Assembly (NCBI GenBank): GCA_002633005.1
Contig: NMRA01000365.1
Location: 137,771-194,410, forward strand
DNA: 56,640 bases
Source of the DNA: Phoronis australis
Taxonomy: Eukaryota > Animalia > Phoronida
Reading direction: 5' to 3'
Shown here one piece after another: positions 12,438 to 22,938 of the stretch. Both the position numbers and the translations under genes were made by a program. Under the pieces are notes generated by a model. The model did no database searches and was not told where the DNA came from. It saw only the letters and a list, made by a program, of their open reading frames with translations. Every line of letters starts with the position of its first letter. Positions within the stretch are counted from its first letter, which is position 1.

Positions 12438-12553
12438 CATTTGAATGTTGACTCCTTGTCGCCCAATGACTGTTCCAACAACCCTCTTGGGGACTTTAAC
12501 CTCAATAACTGTCTGCCGAGATGTCACAACTTTCCGCTTTCCGTCATCATGAT
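12438..12553 (-). CDS. TDRKH: TDRKH coding exon 2 (start of KH1)
   Basis: TTCCAG| acceptor; (D)HDDGKRKVVTSRQTVIEVKVPKRVVGTVIGRQGVNIQM contains the KH GxxG loop IGRQG; ATG|GTACAG donor; 116 nt, phase 1 to 0. Confidence 0.93.
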
Positions 12554-13281
12554 CTGGAATTAAGAATATGTTTACAGTTTCCTAAGTTATGTCACAAGAT
12601 CCAAGCAGCATCATTGATTTATAATAGAGAGTACTTACTGTCTCTCACTGAACAATTTACCAGGCATTTCACAAGCAAAGTTATTTGTATACAGTACAGT
12701 TTGGTACACAACATGGCGGACAGGTGAAATTTCATTTTGTCCAAATTACTCAACTAAAATACCTTTTCTTCAGGAAAATTTACTTTGCTTTTATCATGGT
12801 TTGCATGGTGTAGCTATTACCAAACAACATTTGGTAAAATTTTGAGCTTTTGTAACACTGTGGTAAGCATTTGAAAAACAGAAGTATGGTAGTTATTGTA
12901 ATTATTTTCGTCCCAAATTGAAGAATTTTTACTTTAATTTCATTTGATTTGTTTACATTTCCTTATAACGCTCAGTACTTAAATTGACCACATTTGGCTT
13001 CACTAACCTGTCATGATCTGAAATGATTTCGTAATACACAAAAAGTGAGAGAAATAGAATGTGAGAGAGCTGTAAGCGTACTGCTCTGAAATCGATGAAA
13101 AATATTCTTCAGGGTAACAGACTCCCTTTATTACTTAGGATCGCACTCCATCAAGTCATCAACATTGAAGATTAAACTCTGTTACTGTAAATGTGGTAGA
13201 ATTCAAACGTAAATGTACACCCCGATAGGCTGATACAGATGGCTTTGACTTCCCTTCGGCATCAAATCAGCAACCGAAATC

Positions 13282-14903
13282 TATGGGCGGCCGTTTATGC
13301 AAAAAACATTAAAATGTATATTCAATTCCATTTAATGAACTCAATGCCAACTGTATGACAATTCAATCCTATCTTGTGTATTCAATGCTATTACATCAAT
13401 CCAATCCACATTCGTCGATTCTATATCGTGAAATCAATGCTGTTTTGTATATTCTATCCTGTTTACTGAATTCAATGTTGTTTAGTCGATTCTGTTTCGT
13501 CTATCCTATTGTCTCCCACTTCATGAATTCAGAAAGTCTCATCGATTCTGTTTCGTCAATCCTGGCGGCCAAAGACACAACTAATATATGACATATGCGC
13601 ATGCGCCTTTGTGCTCCTTTGAACGCTCCAAAAAAGCGCCCGCATAAATGGCCCTTGTGGTGATTCACTTGCTTGCCGGCGAATTTAGCTCTCCCCCTCA
13701 TAGTTTTAGTTTCCAACGTTTAAGCAGAAAAAATGGCTATTGATGAACACAAAACTCCATGTCATTTTTATGTAGTGCACTGACGCACTGGTGTCCCCCG
13801 AAAGCAGTATTGCGGCACTTCAGTGAATATCCAAGGCAGTGCGGCTCAGATGGCGGAAACACGTTCCCGTTTTTTTGTTTTGTTTTTGTCCACCGATAGA
13901 TTTTCTGAACAGCAGGTGTACGTCCTCGACCCCCGCAACTTTCAGGCCGCCTATACACATACAACAATGGCGCTTTGCCCAATTCTCCGAGGATTTTGGC
14001 CGCCCCGCCCTTATGGCATCCTAGATCCGCCACTGACTAATGCGTGATTTTAAACTGGCGTGATACAAATAAATACTTAATACGAACAATTGAATATCAC
14101 AAATGGAACTGTAAACACACAAGTAGTCACGGTTGTTGCCAGGTGCACCTGCAGTGCCTGAAACAACGGCGGAGCCGGAGGCACTGGTGGGTCTCGCATT
14201 AGTTGACGCTAAGTTTCCCGACGTAGTGTCCCTCAGTGCCGAAGTAGCGGCCAGAATCCGCTGGATCGGTGATTGTGTGTCAGGCTGGTTGTTGACATTT
14301 TGCAGCTGGTCAACTGCATCGGTCAAAAGACCAATGATATTTGACAGCAGTTCTCTCTGTGACATTGTCAGAAACAATTCGGCTTGCTTCGATTTTGACA
14401 GCAGACTTTTCAAAGTACGCAACGAGCCCACAACCGGGTGCTCAAACGCATGCGCACATGCGACATATTGGTTTCGTCCACACGCTAACAAAATAGGATT
14501 GAATTCACAACAGGATAGAATACACGAAGTTGTCAGTTTCACCCATACTCCGCTAGGATAGACGAAACAGGATTGAATTCACGACAGGATAGAATACACG
14601 AAGTTATTAGTTTCAGCCATAGGCCGCTAGGATTGACGAAACAGAATCGACGAAACTGGATTGAATTCACGAGACGATAGGATAGACGAAAGACAATGAC
14701 TAAACAACATTGAATTCAGTAAACAGGATAGAATATACAAAACAGCATTGAGTTCACGATATAGAATCGACGAATGTGGATTGGATTGATATAATAGCAT
14801 TGAATACACAAGATAGGATTGAATTGCCATACAGTTGGCATTGAGTTCATTAAATAGAATTGAATATACATTTTAATGTTTTTTGCATAAACGGCCGCCC
14901 ATA
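13282..14903. mobile_element. Foldback-like DNA transposon with about 280-bp TIRs, inserted in Gypsy RT
   Basis: TATGGGCGGCCGTTTATGCAAAAAAC... and its inverse; subterminal repeats; target duplicated (GAAATC 6 bp, or AAAT 4 bp if the ends are CTATGGG). Confidence 0.9.
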
Positions 14904-16246
14904 GAAATCTACCAACATATCATGGATGAGATGATATCCGGAATAGATAACGTTTTCGCCATCGTCGACGACATACTCACAGCAGGTCAAGATGTGGAAC
15001 ATCATGACAGAATTCTCCGGCAGGTTATAGAGCGAGCCACGCGGTAAAACTTGAAGCTCAACTTCGAAAAGTGTCGAGTCCGTCAACCTAGTGCCTAGTG
15101 TACCATACATGGGACACCTTGTAACTGAGCGTGGTTTGTTGTCGGATCCAGCTAAAGTCAGTGCCGACCGACAAATTCAGATGGCATAAGATGACTACTT
15201 GGGCTGGTACAATACTTAGCGTAGGGACGTGACTAAAAATTTTTTTTTCAAAACTTACCATTAATTTTGATGTCATTAGAAAGCTCTCATCAAGAGCTTT
15301 CCAAAAATATCTTTTTTACATTTGTACCTAAAATACTTCCAGAGATATTGCATTGTAACGATCGCTTTTGAAGCTACTAATTCTCCTATTGTTTTAGCCC
15401 AAAACATGACGCATTATATTAGTATTTTTTACAACATATAATCATAACTTCGCCAGTTCTCAACCAATTTAAATGAAACTTTTTTTGTTTGAAAGATAAT
15501 AATGTTTAGAATCTGGTTTGATAAACACCAAAACAATTCTCGACTGGAATGATTAACTGATTGTAATTAAGTTAATTAGTTAAGAGAAAACTCTCGCAAT
15601 TCTTTCCCTAGATGTAACACTAATAGGATTCTTAGGCTATGTGAGCTTAATTAAGAGTAACAATGCATAAAAATACAACCTTTTTGTTAATAATACACAG
15701 AAAATAAGTATTAATTAGTAATCAACTAATTACCAAAGCAGACTTGAATAACCATAGTATCATCTTTATTGTATGCACATGACCACTATAACAAGTGCAA
15801 TGACGAACTGAAAAGTTAGTAAATGCTTTCCTCAATGTGAGCACACCACCCTTCATCACGATTCTAAACGTAGTTTGGAGCAGAGCGATGTAGGCAATGT
15901 ATGAGACATTGTGCAATACCCAACAAAGCACCGACACTTCAAACACTGATGCACGCAGTAGAAAATATGGATGAATGTCCCACTTTGAAGAATAAGTGTG
16001 TTTTGATTTCAAAACACTATTGATGTCAAAAGTGATACAAAATTGACTTACAATTTTAAGAAATAGAAAAAATATATACATAAAGGTCAAACCTATCCGA
16101 AAATATGAAGGCGTCATCGTCTCTTTCATAGAGCTTATACGCTGAATTTCATGAAGATTCATCAAGGAACTCTCATGACACCTAGGCAATCGTAAAAAAA
16201 TAAAAGTGCCACTACCGGACACACCTGCAGTCAGATTTTTCTGCAA

Positions 16247-16666
16247 NNNNNNNNNNNNNNNNNNNNNNNNNNNNNNNNNNNNNNNNNNNNNNNNNNNNNN
16301 NNNNNNNNNNNNNNNNNNNNNNNNNNNNNNNNNNNNNNNNNNNNNNNNNNNNNNNNNNNNNNNNNNNNNNNNNNNNNNNNNNNNNNNNNNNNNNNNNNNN
16401 NNNNNNNNNNNNNNNNNNNNNNNNNNNNNNNNNNNNNNNNNNNNNNNNNNNNNNNNNNNNNNNNNNNNNNNNNNNNNNNNNNNNNNNNNNNNNNNNNNNN
16501 NNNNNNNNNNNNNNNNNNNNNNNNNNNNNNNNNNNNNNNNNNNNNNNNNNNNNNNNNNNNNNNNNNNNNNNNNNNNNNNNNNNNNNNNNNNNNNNNNNNN
16601 NNNNNNNNNNNNNNNNNNNNNNNNNNNNNNNNNNNNNNNNNNNNNNNNNNNNNNNNNNNNNNNNNA
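16247..16666. other. Assembly gap (420 N)
   Basis: Run of N. Confidence 1.
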
Positions 16667-17097
16667 CACCAAGCTGGGTAGTAGCATCAAAGCCTAGAGT
16701 AACATCAGGTGTGGTCACCAGTGTCTCACCAACAAACAAGTCAGATAAGACCCCAAGTTCCCTGGCCATCATCTCTACAGTGCTGCGATGTGGGACACTT
16801 TCGACTTGAATTCCCGCCCGTCCAAGTATACTGTTAATCAGTACTGGTACGTTCTTTGTCGGCACATTATTGGTAAGACAGTCATAAACCATCATACGAA
16901 TGTCGGGGTGAAATGCTTTAGAGAGCTCAAACCTACTATTTTCATCTTTGTCTTCTTGAAGAGCAGAGACTACATCTTCTAGTTCAGTGACCCTTACTTC
17001 CAACCGTTGGTTTTCTTCTTCTTTTTTCCTCAGTTCATCTAGCAATGCCTGATTTGGGGTTGGCGATCTGGATTCTTGCCGCTTGCTTTGGTGGTAC
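16667..17097 (-). CDS. Transposase exon B, running into the assembly gap
   Basis: TTTTTAG| acceptor, phase 2, in frame with exon A; YHQSKRQ...LLDELRKKE...VPHRSTVEMMARELG...VTLGFDATTQLG (beta strand ending in Asp, as expected for a first DDE residue). Confidence 0.72.
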
Positions 17098-17436
17098 CTA
17101 AAAACAAAGAAGACTGGTAAAGGAATATGTTAAGTTGTTGATTATCTACAATGCCACATTTATGTATACCTTTCAAAAGTTTTTTTGCGATTACTAAAAG
17201 AACACTAATATTGTTTCGCGGAGATGAGATCATAACCTAATAATTGAACACGAGTACTAAATTGCATATAAATTAGTCTAAAGCAGCATAGAATAACAGA
17301 TTCTTAATTAATTTATAAAAAGTATGATGGCTAAAACTTAACTGAAAAATGAACTGCTTCATTGTATCTAATAAATTACAACACACTATCCGTTATATAA
17401 ACGGTCATTTATTTAAAATATTAAGGAGGGGTGTAC

Positions 17437-18256
17437 CTTTTTAATTTTGTGTGTTTCTGTTTCACTAGGGCAAGTTCTTTTTGAAGCTCTTTGTTTCTGT
17501 TATGTCTAAGTGCCCTAATCTGCTGGTTCTTTTTCACTAGGGATACCTCCTTCCTCTTCAGCTGCTGTTTGAGTTGCTGAATCTTAGAAGACTTAAGATT
17601 ACGCCTCAAATTACGTATGCTGGTCTGGAACTTTTTTTTTCGGTAGATCTGGATTTCGTCACAAAGTCTAACCGTTTCTTCAACTGAGTTTTACGTGGCG
17701 TTAGCACAACTCTTTGGGACGAACGCACAGCAGGTTTTGGTGACCTTTGATCCAAGGGCTCCTGATCTGTGGAAGGACCAGCAATAGATTCAGCCGGACT
17801 CAGGGGATTTGATATTGATGAACTTGGGGGTCTTGACACAGCTGAAGTGGGGGGTTTTGATGCAGCTGAACTTGGGTGTCTGGACGCAACCGGTTCTTGG
17901 GGTGTAACAACTTCAGTAACGATGGCAGGCGTAAATGAAAAACTTTGATGACAGACATGGGAAAACGAGGCCATTGTGCTTTCCCTTGATAAGCTCTTGT
18001 ACTTCTTCAAAGATCTATTCACCAATGCCTGTATGAGAGAGGAGTAAAACTTCCAGTCACCCACTACTGTTTCCTTTAGCATAGTTGCAATAGCAGCCAG
18101 TGAAGAATTGCACTTGAGGTACAGGAGCAGCACATGCCCATTCTTCACATCTTCACAACTGGTAGGCACATCGCAGAAGTGCTCTTCCAGGTACTGACGA
18201 GCTAAGCCAGGTTTACCAGAAACTAGTGACAGCTTTCTTTTCTTTTTTGGTGACAT
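17437..18256 (-). CDS. Transposase exon A (NLS, S/P-rich linker, coiled coil) with one frameshift at 17632-17640
   Basis: TTTTCAG|G-ATG; MSPKKKRK; a -1 shift in the A9 run joins to ..IRNLRRNLKSSKIQQLKQQLKRK..; AG|GTACAC donor, phase 2; upstream CAG|GTAAGT donor at 19127. Confidence 0.7.
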
Positions 18257-19992
18257 CCTGAAAATAAAAAAATATTGAAATGTATGATTCTGAATGTTTA
18301 TACCAAGGAAAGGCTTTTTTGCAAATGCAAAAGGTAATTGTACTCCACTAGCTGTGTATCAAAATGAACTAAAAAATGGTCTAACAATAATGCACTTCAT
18401 TTCCGCACTGAAAACACTTTGATGAAATGTTGTTTTGAAAAAATGACATCTAATATCAGTTATCAAAGAAGTTTGTTTCCGTCTAAGTTTCTTGAGGTGA
18501 GATTGTAAAAAAAAACCACTTTTACCATAAAAATATGTTGAAAACAAAGAACAAAATTTCATATTGAAATTTATCAAGCAAGTTTGAAATAACAAGAACA
18601 ATCAAAATGCATTGATGAAATCATTTGTTCTGTCAATATGAATATAAAGGATTTCAAAAATGTTCACAAACGGCTAGCTCATCCAGCAATGTGCACTGTT
18701 TACATTCGTCAGTCAGCTGTTCTTTGTTTGGCAGCCGCTGTTCATTTACTTAACAAATAAACCAATCAGATTGTCAGAACCCTGTCAAGTGACCTGGGTT
18801 CCTGCGACAAAAATCAACAAGAATCATTGTATTTAGACCACAAATAACAATTAATATCCCCAAATGTAAATCTAACTTGTACTTGGCGACTTTCAAAACG
18901 CAAAACAATTGCAGAAAAGGAACTGGTCATGAGAAAAACGATTCGTTTCATGACCAAGCAAATTCCCGTTCATCCAACATGGCCGTAACACTACAAATCC
19001 GAGTACCATAGTTGCGGATTGAAAAAAACTATGAGGGCATCAATAGATCTTCGTAAAAGTCGGCATGTAGATTCATATAGGGTTCAATTTATGTTATATC
19101 ATATATACATACAATTACGTAACTTACCTGAAGAAATGCGACGACTTGAAGATAAACAACAACTTTCCTGCACGAACAGCATGGGAATGAAAACGTGAAA
19201 ACAACTTAATTCATGACGTATGCATTCAGGAATGTGTGTTCTACGTCATCCAAACCTTCGGTGCTTTGTTCCTACAGTTTTTATGGAGAGCAAGTGGATT
19301 TTCGAGGGGTAGGTTCAAACAATGGTTAAAAAACGGTGACCGCCATTATCGGAGAACCAATCAGCGATTACATAAGATTATGTCACGTCCCTACTTAGCG
19401 AAGTTCTTACCGAACCTCAGCCAAGTGGATGCTCCACTCAAGAGTACTCTTGAAGGCAGACGTCGAATTTGAATGGGGACATACTCAAGAAAAAAGTTTC
19501 AGTGAAGTCAAGAAGCTATGCAGCTCCCCACCAGTAGGCCTACTTGCATACTTTGATGTCAGCAAGGACAGATTGAATGTGACTCCAGCACGAATGGCCT
19601 TAGCGCTGTCATCATGCAAGACTCCAGCAAGGATGGCCTTGGGCCAAGGCCATCCTTGCTGGAGTCTTGCATGATGACAGCGACAAGGCTTGGCGCTGTC
19701 ATCATGCAAAACGACAAGGTCACTGCCTATGTGGCTATGCCTCTCAATCACTAACAGAAACCGAAAAACGATACGCTAAGATCGAAAAAGAAATGCTGTC
19801 CATTGTATTTGCTAGTGCAAAATTTCACTGCTACATCTTTGGAAAGTCAGTCACAGTCTACAATGACCAAAAGCCACTCGAAATCCTATTCACCAAGGCA
19901 CTACTGGCCATAGTATAGTGCCACGGTACTATCTATAGCCTATTGTCAATAGTATAGGCTGCATAGGCACAACTCTCAGCGATTCAGATTAC

Positions 19993-20092
19993 CTTCTTGA
20001 TCTTTTTTAAACAGAAGATACAAAAACAATGCCGCCACTGGGAGAAGGGAAAGTCCAAATGCTATCTTCTGATAGCGTCCTAGTTCTAGCAT
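19993..20092 (-). CDS. TDRKH: TDRKH/PAPI first coding exon (N-terminal mitochondrial TM anchor)
   Basis: Reads MLELGRYQKIAFGLSLLPVAALFLYLLFKKDQE, resembling the human TDRKH N-terminus (QKIALGLGIP...YILYR). Ends at AAG|GTAATC, phase 1, in frame with the next exon. Confidence 0.88.
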
Positions 20093-20880
20093 TATGCACT
20101 AGTACATCAGTTGATAGTGTTTATAGGGCACCGACTTGACTGCAGACTACCTTTCTGCACCCAAAATACACATGGTTAGCTTTCATAGAGAGCGTAACTG
20201 TGCTTTTAAAATAAAAAACATATTTGCAAAAACTATTAGAATGATACTATCAAATGAATTACCTTATATCTTAATTTAAACACATGTAATTGATTTTGTT
20301 GCTAAGTCACATCTGATAAAATGCAGCACAAGTACTAAAACTCATTTCGTGATTGTTATGAGACCTCAATGCACAGCATACACGGGAGGTTGTGGTGAGT
20401 TTGGTGGTAAGAGCCTGTTATTTGAACGGTTTTCGCAACGATTGGATATTCCATCAATGAAATCTGGATTTTATGTAATAGTGAAAATTTTCACCTTAAA
20501 ATAATTAACCTGAATAACGTAATTCAACTGTTTGTCTAAATTAAGATTTTTGGACAAGTGTCATCTATGACTATGTTGTTTTACCGTAACGTAAGCCTAG
20601 GCTAGACTAAGTTTCTCACTTGTCAGTTGTCAATTGTTTCTCAGTGTTTGTGCAGCGTTCACCCCATACTTCCAAACACCGGGGTCCTGTGGACCCAACT
20701 TCCAAAAATTTGTGGTACATTTCAAGTCCGTGAAAACCATCCGGATATTAGTTCACTTACAATTACAAAGAACAATGGATGGTTCATAATATTGTGACCT
20801 ATAGGGCCTAGGCTATTGGCTATACGCAAAATTAATGACATTTCGTTAGCTATCAGACTATCAACACCCTGTATACTCAC

Positions 20881-21070
20881 TTGTATATATTGTCTTATCA
20901 TCCTGTCAGATTATCTTCATATGTGGTATTATTTTTAGATGAAAATAACATGGCATTATCTTATATTATCAGGCATCAAAAGTAATCCCAAGCAACAATT
21001 TCTGCTTTTGATTTAAATTATGAGCTTCATTTCATCTGCTTCCCCTGTTGTGCCGCTGCCATGACCTAAT
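20881..21070 (-). other. Candidate non-coding first exon (5' UTR) of TDRKH
   Basis: Strong CAA|GTGAGT donor at 20880, about 0.8 kb upstream of the ATG exon and next to a CpG-containing region. The 5' boundary is approximate. Confidence 0.5.
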
Positions 21071-21400
21071 TTTGAGAGAACTCGTAAAATGTTAATTTTT
21101 CATGATATGGACTGTTCAAGAGAGTCGACTCGTCGATGAGATGGCATGGGCTGCGCACCATATAGGGGGCGGGGAGGGGGGTAACACATTCATACCTTCG
21201 TCATGTATTATCATTAACTTAGAGCAGCATTATACCTGTGTTCATTCAACAAACCAACTTAAAGGCAAAAAGTCAAAAATCAAATTCTACAGGCTGGCTA
21301 CTTTCAGAAAATGCCGAGTTAAAATCTATAGTTTTGTAGATATTCGGCTAAGTACACAGACTTCTCAACAGGGACTCATCTAGAATTTGTGTACAAATTC
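21070..21400. promoter_or_regulatory. Candidate bidirectional promoter (TDRKH / coronin)
   Basis: Lies between outward-facing donors (20880 minus, 21474 plus); GC box GGGGCGGGG near 21166; local CpG enrichment. Confidence 0.45.
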
Positions 21401-21458
21401 GTGAGAATGACGAGTCGTGCATAGCGTGATTCTGAGACGCGTAGCGCGATTCTGTGCC

Positions 21459-21473
21459 ATGCAGTGCCAAAGG
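21459..21473 (+). CDS. Candidate coronin alternative first coding exon (MQCQR)
   Basis: GCC-ATG CAG TGC CAA AGG|GTAGGT; phase-0 donor compatible with the coronin exon at 48143. Confidence 0.4.
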
Positions 21474-21791
21474 GTAGGTCGGGAAATCATTTTGGGAAAA
21501 ATTGGAATTCACATAAAAAGAGGGTTAATTTCCTTCCATTTTAGTTCACTGTTTGTGTGTTTTTTCGTGTTCAAAGGATGACAAAGAAGAAAACTAAACA
21601 ACTAAACATGAAAAAGTTTGCTCCTTTCAGGATGTGTGCATTGCGACCAGATTACAAAGAAATAGAGATGTGTTAATATTGTTTGTAAGATGATCTGTGT
21701 ACATAGAGCTACATGTTAGACAGGCACAACTTGTATCTTGAAGCTTTCAAAAGAACTGAGGATTATTAGTTTACTGCAGCTGAGCATGATA

Positions 21792-22723
21792 CTGTGGCGG
21801 ATCTAGGATATTGTAAGGGGGGGGCCCAACATTTTGTCTCGTAAGCAATTGCGCGAAGCCCGATTGTTGAAGTGCATAGCACGTAATGGGGGGATGTCGG
21901 TAAGGGGATATTTGCTTCTAAAAACAAACATTTTCCTTGATTTCTGAAGTATTTTTAAAGTAAAAGAACACTAAGAATATGCATAAAAATGGAAAATTCG
22001 TAAATGACAGGGACTTGAACTCACGACCTATTGGTCAGAGTGCGCATGCTCTTCCACTGCGCCACCACGCTTCCAACTAAAACTTCATGCTAAGAGACAT
22101 AATTGTTTATGATCCACAGCATTTGCGTGCGAACTTGCTAAATATTTTGTGCAACTAGTGCGTAGCAAAATTTGTTGCGTTAAAAGCAGTCTTAAGTTGC
22201 CAAAAAGGCCAAATTCATTTTTCATGTTGGCATTAACGACGTGACTGCTTTGCAAATCGTCTTAATTTTAATTTTTGACAAAGAGAGAATTATGAGTTTC
22301 TGAGTGATTCACTAAGGCTTCGATTAGAATTTACATCTTACCATCAGCTTCTGTTTCTTCGTCACTCACCTTCGGTTTTCTTTGAAAAAATGAAGGAATT
22401 TTCTTTGTTGCACAGTGGAGCATACAATGGAAATGGAGTGGTAGTGCTCAGTGCTACTTCCGGTCTCCTGGGATATCATGTCCATATTGACCGGGAGTGG
22501 CATTACTTAGCCGATTGTCTGAATTGGACACTTGAAATTGGGTCTGATCGCCCACACATGTACACACAAACTAAAACTCTACACACTGTCAAATCTTGTC
22601 TCAGTCGTATATTGTTAATTACCAGGGTTAATTTATAAACTCAGCATTTCCTCAGTCATTTGCTGTTTTTTTTGCGGTTGCCAAGGGCTAGGGGCCCTTT
22701 GCCCCCTTCTAAATCCGCCTATG
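21792..22723. mobile_element. Non-autonomous hAT-like element carrying a tRNA-like segment
   Basis: CTGTGGCGGATCTAG...CTAAATCCGCCTATG imperfect TIRs; flanks TGATA/CAATA; tRNA-like A and B boxes at 22006-22068 on the minus strand. Confidence 0.7.
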
Positions 22724-22938
22724 CAATAATTTAAACTTATGGGAAAACAATGACACTGTATTTGAAAAGACTTAAAAAAATATATCCTTGAATACATGTG
22801 ATTGTCTATGTTTCATTATGCCACACATTTTTACTTTTTCCTTTCATATTTCCGAGTGATTTGCTGGCAATTTGTAAATTGCCTGTAGTTCTGCGGTGTT
22901 GCCAGTGGTCACCGGGGACATCATGTTGTTAGAGTCAC

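Larger units (their letters stand above)
15222..19393 (-). mobile_element. hAT-type (hATw-like) transposon inserted in Gypsy RT
   Basis: 12-bp TIR TAGGGACGTGAC/GTCACGTCCCTA; 7-bp TSD CTTAGCG; removing the element restores QYLAKFL; internal spliced ORF. Subgroup inferred from TSD length. Confidence 0.85.
13215..19912 (+). mobile_element. Gypsy/Ty3 (Mag-like) pol relic in three pieces (13215-13281, 14904-15221, 19394-19912)
   Basis: TPIG*YRWL*LPFGIKSATEI | YQHIMDEMISG...AIVDDIL...LKLNFEKC...MGHLV...LGLVQYLA | KFLPNLSQV...FEWG...YASQSLTETEKRYAKIEKEMLSIVFA...FHCYIFGK: RT and RNase H motifs rejoin across both insertions; contains stops and frameshifts. Confidence 0.92.

Noticed and set aside
14133-14561. 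142-aa plus-strand ORF
   Set aside because: Antisense shadow of the minus-strand coding-like segment in the foldback element; non-ATG start.
15722-16697. Long ORFs spanning the N run
   Set aside because: Artefacts of translating the assembly gap.
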